Assembly: GCA_963674735.2 (NCBI GenBank)
Contig: CAXXQS010000002.1
Coordinates: 1,504,001-1,568,000, forward strand
DNA length: 64,000 nt
Source of the DNA: Myxococcota bacterium
Lineage (GTDB): Bacteria > Myxococcota_A > SURF-8
Direction: 5' to 3'
A program made the position numbers and the translations under genes. Under the pieces are notes generated by a model that searched no databases, had not been told where the DNA came from, and was given only the letters and a program-made list of their open reading frames with translations. This document shows positions 37,999 through 48,942 of this stretch, in pieces (position 1 is the first letter of the stretch; each line of letters begins with the position of its first letter).

Positions 37999-39429
37999 TT
38001 ACAAGACGACTTTTCCCGTATCACCGTTGCGGTAGCCGCACTCCTCACCGTTCCAGCAGTAGAGGCATAGTTTTTCCCTTGGAAGCCCAATTGCCTCAAT
38101 CATGTCGTCCATTCGTTGGTAGCGGATCGAGTCTACCTTCAGGTAATCGGTGATCCACGCCACCAGTTTTTCGTAACCCGCGGAATCCTCCTCCATGTAC
38201 TGGTCCAAATTCTTCGAGGGGTCACCTTCTATGGAGCGTATTGCTTTTCGTACGACCAATTCTTCTAGCGACCGCGTAGACAATGCGTATTTGCAAGGAA
38301 ACATCAAAGGCGGGCAGGCGGCACGAAGATGCACTTCCTTGGCTCCGGCGTCGCGCAGCTTCTGAATGGTGTAGTTTTTCAGCTGCGTACCGCGTACGAT
38401 CGAATCCTCACACAACACGATCCGGTTGCCGTTGATAACCTGAGGGACTGGGATGAGCTTCATTTTGGCCACCTGATCGCGAACGAACTGGTTCGGTGGA
38501 ATGTAGCTGCGTCCATAGCCGGGCGTGTACTTGACCAGCACTCGGCGATACGGAATGTGGGATTCCATAGCATAGCCAATGCCGTGTCCAACTCCCGAGT
38601 CCGGAACGCCGGTGACCAGATCGGCTTCTACCGAATCCCGCCTAGCCAGTATTCCACCACTGCGCTCCCGAACCTCTTCCACACTGATTCCTTCGTAGGT
38701 CGAAGCCGGGTACCCGGTGTAAATCCATAAAAACGAGCAGATTTTCATCTCCTCACAGGGGGATTTCAGCACCTGGTAGCCGTCTTCGTTGATGCGCACT
38801 ATTTCCCCAGGCCCGATTTCCTTGATCTGCTTGAAGCCTAGGTTAACAAACGCACTGGATTCGGACGCTACCATGAAGTCTCCGTCATCTTCGCCGATGG
38901 CCAACGGCGTGCGGCCGAGCTTGTCCCTGGCGGCATAAATGCCGTCTTCTGTCAGAATCAGCAGCGAGGCTGAACCTTCGATTACGCTGTAGATCAACGA
39001 AATGCCTTCGGTGAGATCTTTTCCCTTATCGAGGATCTTGGCTAGGACTTCAACTGAATTGATGTCCTGATTGCTGGTTTCGGTGAAGACGGACCCGCGC
39101 TCGAACAGTGCATGGGTGATCGCCTTTCGGTTCTGCACCAGGCCAGCACTGGCGACGGCGTACGTTCCAAAACGCGAATGCACCAGAAGCGGCTGGGCGT
39201 CGCGATCGCTTATAACGCCGATGCCCATGTTGCCTTCCATCTCCGCCATTAGTTCGCCGAACTTCGACTTGAACTGGCCTTGGGATATATCATGAATTTT
39301 TTTACGGAATCCATTACCGTACATAGCCAATCCCGCCAGCTGGCTACCGAGATGGGAATGGTAGTCGGTGCCATAGAATAATTTCTGCCCACACCCGTTT
39401 TTGCTGACTACGCCACACAGTCCGCTCAT
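37999..39429 (-). CDS. purF: Amidophosphoribosyltransferase (PurF-like, no N-terminal Cys)
   Basis: RDKLGRTPL, CSFLWIY, GVPDSG, EDSIVRGT, CPPLMFPC, LCLYCW. Confidence 0.85.
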   Translation of the reverse strand: MSGLCGVVSKNGCGQKLFYGTDYHSHLGSQLAGLAMYGNGFRKKIHDISQGQFKSKFGELMAEMEGNMGIGVISDRDAQPLLVHSRFGTYAVASAGLVQNRKAITHALFERGSVFTETSNQDINSVEVLAKILDKGKDLTEGISLIYSVIEGSASLLILTEDGIYAARDKLGRTPLAIGEDDGDFMVASESSAFVNLGFKQIKEIGPGEIVRINEDGYQVLKSPCEEMKICSFLWIYTGYPASTYEGISVEEVRERSGGILARRDSVEADLVTGVPDSGVGHGIGYAMESHIPYRRVLVKYTPGYGRSYIPPNQFVRDQVAKMKLIPVPQVINGNRIVLCEDSIVRGTQLKNYTIQKLRDAGAKEVHLRAACPPLMFPCKYALSTRSLEELVVRKAIRSIEGDPSKNLDQYMEEDSAGYEKLVAWITDYLKVDSIRYQRMDDMIEAIGLPREKLCLYCWNGEECGYRNGDTGKVVL

Positions 39430-40418
39430 GAATGCTCCTTATTCCTTTTGGGTCTATTCCAGAATATCACATTTGAAAAAGCCTAGAGTGTAACGGGGCA
39501 AAATGCAACTATTGAATTATGGAATTATCAGTCCGGCATCGGATTTTCCTGATACGTCTTTAGGGAGGTTCTGGCCCGGACTACAGCGGCGATGTCCCAA
39601 ACGCCTGGGCAAGCGCCCTCGGATTGGGGTTTGACCTAATTTTTTCTCATGCATAATGGCACTGAAATGGGGAGCACTCCAGTTGCTTGTCGTTAGTCAT
39701 CATCCAGGTTATGAATCCTACAAGCTTTTATCAGATTGTCCACATTCGAGACATGTTTGATGAAGCGTAACCCAGCGGCTTGTGGCCTCGGTATGAAGGA
39801 AAAGCTTGATACTCTGAGTAGCTTGAACGACGGCAACAACACATGAATAGGACAGCACCGCACCGTGCGCGCCACCGCTCCACCAAAGGGATGCTGCCGC
39901 GCCAATATCGTGCAGATCCAAACGAATCGGCATCGACGAATCGGAAAACGTTTGTCGATTGGAAGCGATGTGGTCTTGGTAAAGAAGAAGGACATGTCTT
40001 CTTCCGCCATAGAAGGGTTGCGGCATGTAGGATTGTTGGCGGGTTGGTTGGTGGGATTACAATCAGTTCGTTTTCTTCTTCAGTCGTTTGGCCGTCTTAT
40101 CGAACAGCTTACCGGTCAAGATTGCCATGGCCTGCACCACGGCAGCTGTCAAAATACGAGTGACGGTCGGGACAATTCTATCCGACGTCCCGAAAGGGGC
40201 TTTTGTTGATCCTTTTCTTGGGCGGTTCCCGAGTTTTCGGACCCACGGCCATGCAGCTCGGATCGTTCCGGAAAAGCTGAGCTTTCGGGACATCTTCACC
40301 TCGCGGGAGCTGCCTGCTCATCTGGCTGTTGATCCAGCGCGAAAAGTTGATTCGAAAGGGCGAGTCGTGTACGCTAACAACAGCTCGTTGGGAAGCATCC
40401 AAAAAGCGAGAGTTCACA

Positions 40419-40787
40419 ATGACTGACAGGAAAACGGTTCTTCTGGTGGATGATGAAAAGGAATTTGCCGATGCTCTTGCCAAAAGGCTTGAACGTCGGA
40501 ATTTCTGCGTCAAAATTGCGTATTCAGCTTCGGAGGTGCTGCGCTTAGCCCAAAATGACGTGATATCCGCCACGATTCCGGACGTGAACCTGCCTGCCGG
40601 CAATGGCCATGCACTGCTCGATGACATCTCGTCCATTCACCCTGAAATCAAAGCAATCATACTGACAGGATATGGCAACATACTAAAAGCTTTTCACCTT
40701 GTAAAAATGGGACTTTGCGCCTATTTCAGTAAACCTTGCGACACCGAAGAGTTGACGATGGCGCTATCCAACGCTTTGGAAGAATAG
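40419..40787 (+). CDS. Single-domain response regulator
   Basis: LLVDDE, DVNLP, ILTGYG, SKP. Confidence 0.75.
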   Translation: MTDRKTVLLVDDEKEFADALAKRLERRNFCVKIAYSASEVLRLAQNDVISATIPDVNLPAGNGHALLDDISSIHPEIKAIILTGYGNILKAFHLVKMGLCAYFSKPCDTEELTMALSNALEE

Positions 40788-40790
40788 CGG

Positions 40791-42548
40791 ATGCAGACAA
40801 AGGGCAGGCAAAGGCAGGTGTCGTTACGCCAAATGCTCGCATTCTGGCTGGGAGTGATGATCATCTTGCCGGTGCTTCCACTGGCAATCTTCTCATGGCA
40901 AGGGTATCGAACCGAGACGCAGCAGTTGGAGGATCAACTTCAGGAAACAAATCGGCAGTTTACGGTTCTTGCCACTGCGTTGTTGAATAGTACGCTTCAA
41001 GAAGTAGCCCGGTATCTGGAAAACGGTGAATTGAAGCGGGATCAAATTTCTGAATCCCCATTCGATTATAGTGAGTTAGTCTCCTCAAACGGAAAAATTG
41101 TTGAATCGAATATTTCCCCACAGCGTATCGGTAAGTGGATGTCTGATGGATTGCATTGGACCACCATCAGACGGCCCGGCGGCCACTCTTTTGACGTCTC
41201 GGAGGTAACTTACATCCCACAAATAGGAGAACGGCGGGTTCTCGTTCGTGCTCGTGTATTGACCCAACCTGAGCGCTATCATATCGGCTATCTCGATCCT
41301 ATTTATTTACACAATCATCTGACCTCACGTTTCGATTCATTGATTAACAGGCATATCTATGCAGTCGGCAGAAGCGGCTTCCCCATTTTCTACAGCCAGC
41401 CAGAACTTGCCAATCAACCCGAATTGTTCGTTCAGAATAAACCGGTGATGTTGTTTATGGAAGGCAAAGCTGGACCTGTAAAATACATAAGTTCCATCTC
41501 CAACCGCGCCCGAATCGGGTATGTATCAGAGATGTCAGAAACCGGATGGGGTATTGTGGTCAGCGCGGATATTGTGGACAGCATGATTAATATCCGGGAC
41601 CGCTTCGTCTGGCTGGTGTTCGCCGTTCTGCTTACCGGTGCTATCGCTCTGCTGACATTCTTTCTATTCAGCTACCGCCTGGTTTTCCCCCTGTCCGAAT
41701 TGACTCGCGATATTCGCAGCAGAGATCGGAATCTCTACTCGCCGGTCGTTCCTCCTGCTTCGATTCGGCGCATACGTGAATTGTCCCAACTTGTTGAAGA
41801 TCTCAACGTTTACATCGATCATTGCATTGCTGCGGAGAAGAAGACGATCCAGGCTGAAAAGCTTACAACTCTGGGAGAATTAACCACGGGCTTGGCTCAC
41901 GAACTTGGAACGCCCTTGAATGTTATGCGAGGTAGCGCACAATTGGTGAAGAGGAAATATCCCGATGATCAGGCGAGCCAGCGCACACTGGATCGGATCA
42001 TCAATCAAACCGAACGCATAACCGATCTCATTCGCAGCCTGTTGGATATAGCCAGGCTCGAACAGGTCAGATGCGAAAGACTCGATCTGAGCAAGTTGTT
42101 CGTGAGAACCTGGGAAACGGTCTCGGTAATGTACCCGATGGTCCATCATGAGTTTCATTTTCCTGAATCGGACGTAACTATTTTTGTTCGTCGGCGGGCG
42201 ATGGAACATGCCTTGCTGAACCTGTTTATCAATGCTTGCCAGGCGATGAATGGTGAAGGAAATATCACCGTTCGTATCATGAGCGCTGAAAACAACAACG
42301 TTGATAAATGGGTCATCGCGATAGAAGACACGGGACCAGGAATCGATTCACAACATATTGAGCATATCTTTAAACCTTTTTACAGCACGAAAAATGCCGG
42401 CCAGGGTTCCGGACTCGGACTGGCGCTGGTGGAACGCGTAATCCGCGAGCACGATGGGAACATTACCTTAAAGATTGAAGCAGACAGAGGAGCGATTTTT
42501 AAGATAATGCTTCCGATGGGTGAAATGGACAGCACCGAGGAGATGTGA
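40791..42548 (+). CDS. Sensor histidine kinase (Cache-like periplasmic domain)
   Basis: Two TMs; LAHELGTPL, NACQA, DTGPGI, GSGLGL. Confidence 0.92.
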   Translation: MQTKGRQRQVSLRQMLAFWLGVMIILPVLPLAIFSWQGYRTETQQLEDQLQETNRQFTVLATALLNSTLQEVARYLENGELKRDQISESPFDYSELVSSNGKIVESNISPQRIGKWMSDGLHWTTIRRPGGHSFDVSEVTYIPQIGERRVLVRARVLTQPERYHIGYLDPIYLHNHLTSRFDSLINRHIYAVGRSGFPIFYSQPELANQPELFVQNKPVMLFMEGKAGPVKYISSISNRARIGYVSEMSETGWGIVVSADIVDSMINIRDRFVWLVFAVLLTGAIALLTFFLFSYRLVFPLSELTRDIRSRDRNLYSPVVPPASIRRIRELSQLVEDLNVYIDHCIAAEKKTIQAEKLTTLGELTTGLAHELGTPLNVMRGSAQLVKRKYPDDQASQRTLDRIINQTERITDLIRSLLDIARLEQVRCERLDLSKLFVRTWETVSVMYPMVHHEFHFPESDVTIFVRRRAMEHALLNLFINACQAMNGEGNITVRIMSAENNNVDKWVIAIEDTGPGIDSQHIEHIFKPFYSTKNAGQGSGLGLALVERVIREHDGNITLKIEADRGAIFKIMLPMGEMDSTEEM

Positions 42549-43933
42549 TGAACATGTCCACCAATGCAAACATACAAATAAGAATATTGGTTGCTGACGA
42601 CGATGCCGACATGCGGGACTTTCTCGTTCAGGCACTCTCGGAGGAAGGATATTCGACCCTATGCGCCAAGGACGGGAATGAAGCGCTTGAATTATTAAAA
42701 GCGGGCAATTTTGACATCGTGCTTACGGATCTCAAGATGCCCGGAGCCACCGGAATGGATGTGCTGCGCTCTGCACAGGCAAATTCACTCCATCAGCCGA
42801 CCATCTTAATGACCGCTTTCGGCACCATTGATTCGGCCGTAGAATCAATGAAACGTGGAGCCTATTCCTACATCACTAAACCTTTCGACCTCGATGATCT
42901 TCTCCACTTGCTTCGAGAATTGGCTGAACAGATCGTTCCGCAAATAGAAATAGAGAATACAACGCTTCGTGATGGCGATGAATCTTCCTTTCCCATTATT
43001 TATCGCAGCCAAGCCTTCAAGTCATTGATGGCAAAAGTGCACACTGTTTCGGACAGTACAGCAAGCGTTCTACTCATGAGCGAAACCGGCACCGGTAAGG
43101 AATTGATCGCAAAGGAAATTCACCGATGCAGCAAGCGCAGTCATGGCGCGTTTGTTCCTGTAAGCGTCAACATGATTTCGGACAGCCTCCTGGAAAGCGA
43201 GTTATTCGGACATAGAAAAGGATCGTTTACCGGAGCGGACCGGGACAAGCCAGGTCTTGTCGAACATGCGGACGGCGGAACTCTTTTCCTCGATGAAATA
43301 GGCGAAATGAATCCAACCGTTCAGGCCAAACTGCTGCGTTTCTTGCAGGATCATTCGTTTAGACGAGTCGGCGATACCCAGGAACGGCGCGTCGATGTTC
43401 GCGTCATCACAGCAACGAACCGGGATCTCCGGGACATGGTGACCAAAGGCGAGTTCAGGGAAGATCTTTTCTACCGACTGGCCGTTATCACGCTTGTAAT
43501 TCCACCGCTCCGAGATAGGCGAGCGGACATTCCGGCACTCGCCTATCATTTCTTGCGAAAGTACAACCGCAATTACAATGCTACTGGTTTCAGACCTGAA
43601 ATTATCGACATGCTGACGGATTACGCTTGGCCAGGCAATGTCCGGCAATTGGAAGGGGCCATCGAACATGCGGTCATTCTTCGAAAGTCCGGTCTGATTC
43701 ATAAGCGAGATTTACCCGAATGGTTTTTGAGGGCAACCGATGGAAACATTGGGGATTCGAGAAAACTTGAAACGGTTGAACGGGAGCACATTCTGCAACT
43801 GCTCCAGGAATGCGATGGCAATCGCAGTCGTACAGCGCGCATCTTAGGTATCAACCGCCGGACCCTGACGCGCAAACTCCAATCGTATGGAATCCAAGAT
43901 GAGAATGGGCTAGATGAGCACGAGAGCGACTGA
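42548..43933 (+). CDS. Sigma54-dependent NtrC-family response regulator
   Basis: REC domain; ETGTGKE, ESELFGH, GSFTGA, FLDEIGE, WPGNVR, Fis HTH. Confidence 0.93.
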   Translation: MNMSTNANIQIRILVADDDADMRDFLVQALSEEGYSTLCAKDGNEALELLKAGNFDIVLTDLKMPGATGMDVLRSAQANSLHQPTILMTAFGTIDSAVESMKRGAYSYITKPFDLDDLLHLLRELAEQIVPQIEIENTTLRDGDESSFPIIYRSQAFKSLMAKVHTVSDSTASVLLMSETGTGKELIAKEIHRCSKRSHGAFVPVSVNMISDSLLESELFGHRKGSFTGADRDKPGLVEHADGGTLFLDEIGEMNPTVQAKLLRFLQDHSFRRVGDTQERRVDVRVITATNRDLRDMVTKGEFREDLFYRLAVITLVIPPLRDRRADIPALAYHFLRKYNRNYNATGFRPEIIDMLTDYAWPGNVRQLEGAIEHAVILRKSGLIHKRDLPEWFLRATDGNIGDSRKLETVEREHILQLLQECDGNRSRTARILGINRRTLTRKLQSYGIQDENGLDEHESD

Positions 43934-44067
43934 CGCCCACCCTGCCGCAACCAGATAATCCTATGTAATATCATATACATATGCGATCTTGCTATGGTGC
44001 CTAGTAAAAACTGGGGCGAAATGCCTCGCCCTGGAGTTCTTCATATTCCCGCCGAACCCTCCTATCT

Positions 44068-44109
44068 GTTTGTAATTACAAACGTAATTGTTTTGGCTCG
44101 CTATTTGCT
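44068..44109 (+). promoter_or_regulatory. Sigma54 -24/-12 promoter with adjacent perfect palindrome
   Basis: TGGCTCG-CTAT-TTGCT at 44094-44109; GTTTGTAATTACAAAC at 44068-44083. Confidence 0.75.
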
Positions 44110-44159
44110 CCTACTGTTTCTGTGCGCTGAAACCTCACACTTAAAAAGGAGGAACAGCG

Positions 44160-44375
44160 ATGAGTTTGAATCAAAAAACATTTTCTGGAGGGAGCGAGAA
44201 AGATCAACTCGGAGTTCTTGTGGAGTTTTTGAAAAAAGTTGTCATCTGCTTGGGACTGCTGATTTTGTCCATTGTTATTGTGCTTATGGTCAAATCAGCC
44301 ACGTTGTGGGTTACCCAGAAGATCACTCAGGGTTTTGCGCAAGCGATTCCAGACTTCATTTTTATGAGCTTCTGA
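44160..44375 (+). CDS. Small single-TM protein
   Basis: AAAGGAGG SD; first ORF after the sigma54 promoter. Confidence 0.6.
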   Translation: MSLNQKTFSGGSEKDQLGVLVEFLKKVVICLGLLILSIVIVLMVKSATLWVTQKITQGFAQAIPDFIFMSF

Positions 44376-44431
44376 TCGAATCGCCGACATAAGGGGAGTT
44401 CTTATAAAACGTTTAGTGGGAGTGTTTGGAT

Positions 44432-46150
44432 ATGGGTAATGCCGACAAGAGTCAGGTTTCGAATATTTTACCATCAATGTCACGTGGCTACCTTTTAAAG
44501 CTGCAAAATCGGTTCATCCTTCTACTCGCTCTTTCGTCTCTCATCCCGTTAATCGTCATTGCCTTGGGCGCGGGAGTTATCTATCGCAACATCATTTTCG
44601 ACAAGTCGGTGAACCATCTGCAAAGCAGCATTCAAACGCACGCCAACACGATTGAGTTGTTTCTCGCCGAACGGTTGAAGGTGCTTACATTGATGGCGTC
44701 GGCTTATAGGCTTGAAGACATGCAGAACGCAGGTGAACTGAAACAGTTTTTATCACTACTGAACGATACGTATGAAAACTCATTTACGGACCTTGGTGTA
44801 ATCGACAGCGTAGGTAATCATCTTGCCTACGAAGGCCCCTACGATCTTTTAAAGAGAAATTACAGCAAAGAAGCCTGGTTTGAGCGAACGGTTAAAGAAG
44901 GCACTTTTATCTCCGATATGTTTCTAGGTTTTCGTAACGAACCTCACTTCATTTTGGCCGTTAGAAACGGAGAAGGTCCAGAGTTCTGGATACTGAGAGC
45001 TTCGATAAACTCGGAAGTATTTGAGAGGCTTGTTCGCGCAGGCCGTACGAGTGTAGGAAGTGATTGCTTTCTGGTTGACCATAAAGGGAAATATCAGACC
45101 CATCCCAAAACCAATGAAGCATTGTTGGTAAAAAGCGGAATCACATTTCAACAATATTTTTCCGATATTCGAACCGAAACGATAGTAACCGCCCAAAACA
45201 GAAAGATTTTGCGGACAACGAAATGGATCATCAATAACAAATGGCTTCTTGTCGTCCAGCAAGATGAGAGCGAATTCATGGCCGAAGTCGATAAAGCGGT
45301 TTCCAAAGGCTTTGTCGTTCTCGCTTTCGGCATTCTGATCATCATCGCTACGGCCGTTTTTTCGACTCGCTATCTGGTTAAACTTGTTCGCCTGTCTCTC
45401 GACGAGCGGGATAAAGCGAATCAACAGTTCATGCAGGCCAGCAAGATGGCGGCTATCGGCGAATTGTCAACTGGTCTGGCGCACGAAATAAACAATCCAC
45501 TTGCTGTCATATTATCGGAACAGACGAACATTGGTGACCTGCTCGGCGAAATTGATATTGATGAAGCACACGATCGTGAACTGTCGGATAGTGTCGCACT
45601 TGTCAAGAAGCAGGTGCTTCGATGTCGCTCCATAACACAAAAAATGTTGAAGTTCGGACGTCATGGAACGGCACAATCTGAATGCATTCATCCGGATATC
45701 CATCTTGCCGAGATCGTCGGTCTTTTAAAAAAGCAGGCTACAGTAAACAATGTCGATCTTCAGTTGGACATTGAAAAGGTTTTGCCTGAAATTCAGATTG
45801 ATTCCAGCGAATTCGAACAGATCGTCACCAACCTGATTACGAACGCACTCCAGGCCGTTGGCTCGGATGGCGTCGTCCTGACAAGCGCCGTCATGGAAGG
45901 CGATACCATCCATTTCACCATCGAGGATACGGGACCGGGAATTTCTCCGGAGTATCTGGACAGAATTTTCACACCGTTCTTCACGACAAAACCCGTTGGT
46001 TTGGGCACTGGCCTGGGCCTTTCGGTCTGTTACGGCATTGTAACGCAATGGAACGGCAAGATATGGGCCGAATCTGATTTCGGCAAAGGTGCCATTTTCC
46101 ATCTCACGTTTCCAATAGCTACCAAGGCTGAATCCCGCATCAAGAATTAA
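44432..46150 (+). CDS. Sensor histidine kinase (dCache)
   Basis: [31 protein letters not shown]. Confidence 0.92.
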   Translation: MGNADKSQVSNILPSMSRGYLLKLQNRFILLLALSSLIPLIVIALGAGVIYRNIIFDKSVNHLQSSIQTHANTIELFLAERLKVLTLMASAYRLEDMQNAGELKQFLSLLNDTYENSFTDLGVIDSVGNHLAYEGPYDLLKRNYSKEAWFERTVKEGTFISDMFLGFRNEPHFILAVRNGEGPEFWILRASINSEVFERLVRAGRTSVGSDCFLVDHKGKYQTHPKTNEALLVKSGITFQQYFSDIRTETIVTAQNRKILRTTKWIINNKWLLVVQQDESEFMAEVDKAVSKGFVVLAFGILIIIATAVFSTRYLVKLVRLSLDERDKANQQFMQASKMAAIGELSTGLAHEINNPLAVILSEQTNIGDLLGEIDIDEAHDRELSDSVALVKKQVLRCRSITQKMLKFGRHGTAQSECIHPDIHLAEIVGLLKKQATVNNVDLQLDIEKVLPEIQIDSSEFEQIVTNLITNALQAVGSDGVVLTSAVMEGDTIHFTIEDTGPGISPEYLDRIFTPFFTTKPVGLGTGLGLSVCYGIVTQWNGKIWAESDFGKGAIFHLTFPIATKAESRIKN

Positions 46151-46160
46151 GGAGCTTGAT

Positions 46161-47018
46161 ATGATTGAAAATCCTACCGGTATCCGGGTTCTGTTGGTTG
46201 ACGATGAGCTTGATTTTCTAGAAAGCACAGCCAAGGCATTGAGACGACGGGGGTTCGATGTAACCACCGCTTCGAATGGACTTGGCGCATTGCAGATGTG
46301 CAGGTCTGGAAAACTGGATGTAGCGCTTCTGGACGTCAAAATGCCCGACATGGACGGACATCGTTTGTACTATGAACTTCACAAAGAAGTTCCGGATATG
46401 CAAATCATCATGCTGACCGGACACGGCAATCTTCAGAAGGCGTTTGAACTGGGCAAGAACGGCTTGTTTACGTATCTGGCCAAGCCTATCGAAATCGACG
46501 ATCTCGTAAAAGCCCTCACGGATGCACACAATCAGAAGGCTGAAAGCTCTTCATCCGACTGTCGGAAATGGGCTGAATCAGAAGATGCACGTTCTGTCCG
46601 GGTGCTTCTTGTTGATGACGAGGTGGAGTTTCTAAGCTCGATGGAAAAAGTACTTGCCCGACGCGGTATGGAAGTATTTACCGCAGGCAGTGGTCGAAAG
46701 GCACTCGACCTGCTTGCCCAAAAGCGTGTTGATGTTGTGATTGTGGATGTAAAAATGCCAGGCATCGACGGCATGGACCTCCTCAACCAAATCAAACTGG
46801 ACGACCCCGCCATTGAAGTCGTTTTACTGACCGGACACGGCAATGTTTCCCTTGCGGTGCGAGGTATGAAGCAAGGCGCGTTCGATTATCTGACCAAGCC
46901 TCAGGAAACGGATGAATTTGTTCGGATCATTCGAGCCGCTCACAAGAAAAAGAAAGAAACTGAGGTTGAACGCCGAAGTGCGCAGATCAAAAAACTGATT
47001 GAGAAGACCCCCTCCTGA
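46161..47018 (+). CDS. Tandem receiver-domain response regulator
   Basis: Two VLLVDDE...DVKMP...LTGHG...KP units. Confidence 0.9.
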   Translation: MIENPTGIRVLLVDDELDFLESTAKALRRRGFDVTTASNGLGALQMCRSGKLDVALLDVKMPDMDGHRLYYELHKEVPDMQIIMLTGHGNLQKAFELGKNGLFTYLAKPIEIDDLVKALTDAHNQKAESSSSDCRKWAESEDARSVRVLLVDDEVEFLSSMEKVLARRGMEVFTAGSGRKALDLLAQKRVDVVIVDVKMPGIDGMDLLNQIKLDDPAIEVVLLTGHGNVSLAVRGMKQGAFDYLTKPQETDEFVRIIRAAHKKKKETEVERRSAQIKKLIEKTPS

Positions 47019-47062
47019 TGTAGGCAAACGCTGGTTCCCCAAACAGATAGAAGGAGCAGAAT

Positions 47063-48919
47063 ATGTTGAAAAGCGGGCCTCAGAAAAAGAAAATAACCGG
47101 CTACGATAAATATGTCGAGCCGAAAAAGCTTGCGATAGCCATCGCAGCTTTCATAATCGTGTTGATGATTCCCATACCAAATTCCATGCTGGATGTCGCT
47201 GTCGAATATACGGCAGGCGAAACCCACGTTCTCGATTTCTTCAGTCAGCAACTGTTCGAGAAGTCCTTTGAGGATTGCGAACAGTGGGAAGCGATGACGG
47301 GCCGTGTTCTTGAACTTAGCATGGTCCAGGGTGCCCTTAGTAAGAAACGGGCGGTGAAAAAGGACGCAAAATGGATTGTGAAGGCCGGTTTTCCAAGCCG
47401 GGATTCGTATGTGGAAAAATACCAAGCGAAAATTTCCGAAATTCCGGATGCCGAGTTCCTCGCGATGATGAAAAGTGCACAGGAATTGCGGCTGGTGAGA
47501 TTGAAATATACCGATCTGAACGATGCAGAGAAGAAAACGGCTGACAGGGCAGCCAGAAATATCAAGGTTGTAGTCGCCATGATGGTTTTCGTAATACTCT
47601 GCTTTCTCACGGAAGCCATGCCACTTCCCGGTGTGGCATTCTGCATCGGCTTAATCCTTGTGTTTGCCGGAATCGTGACTCGCAAGGAAGTGGCATCGAT
47701 GTTCTGGGACGACGCAGTTTGGTTCATTATGGGAAGTCTGATGTTTGCAGCAGCCTTCGTCAAGACAGGGGTTGATAAGCGCGTCTGCCTTATCATATTC
47801 AAGTTTCTCGCCAAGCCGAAAATCAGCGTTATCACCGGCATCATGATTCTGGTCATTTCCCCGGCTGCGGCGTTTATCTCCGATCACGCACTGGCGGCCA
47901 TGTTTCTGCCGATCGGAATGATCCTTTACTCCAACAGCTTGAACAAGAAAATCCCCGTCGATCCGGAATTGGCAAAGATGCTGTTCATTACCATTGCCAT
48001 GGCCTGCAACATCGGAGGATTCGGCTCGCCGTCGGGTGGAGCGCGCAATGTCATCATGATGACCTATCTGGAAGACATGTTCGGCATCAACATCGGTTAC
48101 GGTGAATGGATCGTGTACGCTTTTCCTTTCGTGTTGATTATGATGGTTTTCCTCTGGTTGATGGTCAACTGGCGTTTCAAACCACAGATTCGCGATCTGT
48201 CACCCGCATTGAAGATACTTCGCGAAGACATTTCACGAAGCGGGGGTTGGAACCGAAAACAGATCATCGCCATTGTCATATTTTTGCTGATGCTGTGCGG
48301 CTGGATCACCGAAAAGAGTTTGATTCTGCAACTCACCGGCATTCGGTTGGGTATCGGTGTCATAGCGGTAGCCGGGGCCGTCGCCTACTTGCTGACGGGG
48401 GTGGTCAACTGGCGTGATTACCAGGAGAAGGTGGATTGGGGTGTCGTCTGGCTGTATGCTGGTGCGATCATCTTCGGAAAAATCATGGCGGATTCCGGGG
48501 CGGCCTACTGGATGGCGCGTTCCATCATCGAGATCGTCGAACCATTAGGATTGGCTACCGGCAAGGGTCTGCTCGCTATTGGAGCAATAGTAACTGCGGG
48601 TATGACGCAATTGATGGCGGATGGTCCGGCGGCGGCGTCGGTGGGGCCGATAACGCTAAACATGGCAGCGGTTTCAAATCCCGGCACGGTGATTGTTCCT
48701 TTCATGGCGCTGGCTACGGCAGCGGCCAGTTCGATGGCGTATCTGCTTATTATCGGGACACCACCCAACGCAATCGTCTACGCCAGTGGGCATTTGGAAA
48801 TGAAAGACTATTTCCGGGTCGGTGTTCCCTGTGTACTATTCGGTTTGGTCCTTTTAATTATTTTGTCGGCAACCTATTGGATTTGGGTAGGCTTCCAGGG
48901 CCTTCCGTTGCCACAGTAA
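47063..48919 (+). CDS. SLC13/DASS family anion:sodium symporter
   Basis: FISDHALAAMFLPI, GGFGSPSGGARN, GTPPNAIVY. Confidence 0.9.
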   Translation: MLKSGPQKKKITGYDKYVEPKKLAIAIAAFIIVLMIPIPNSMLDVAVEYTAGETHVLDFFSQQLFEKSFEDCEQWEAMTGRVLELSMVQGALSKKRAVKKDAKWIVKAGFPSRDSYVEKYQAKISEIPDAEFLAMMKSAQELRLVRLKYTDLNDAEKKTADRAARNIKVVVAMMVFVILCFLTEAMPLPGVAFCIGLILVFAGIVTRKEVASMFWDDAVWFIMGSLMFAAAFVKTGVDKRVCLIIFKFLAKPKISVITGIMILVISPAAAFISDHALAAMFLPIGMILYSNSLNKKIPVDPELAKMLFITIAMACNIGGFGSPSGGARNVIMMTYLEDMFGINIGYGEWIVYAFPFVLIMMVFLWLMVNWRFKPQIRDLSPALKILREDISRSGGWNRKQIIAIVIFLLMLCGWITEKSLILQLTGIRLGIGVIAVAGAVAYLLTGVVNWRDYQEKVDWGVVWLYAGAIIFGKIMADSGAAYWMARSIIEIVEPLGLATGKGLLAIGAIVTAGMTQLMADGPAAASVGPITLNMAAVSNPGTVIVPFMALATAAASSMAYLLIIGTPPNAIVYASGHLEMKDYFRVGVPCVLFGLVLLIILSATYWIWVGFQGLPLPQ

Positions 48920-48942
48920 CGAACTCGAACGAGGAGAACACC

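Noticed and set aside
39850-40400. Decayed membrane-protein (TauE-like) pseudogene upstream of the response regulator
   Set aside because: Hydrophobic fragments in several frames, but no motif strong enough to assign
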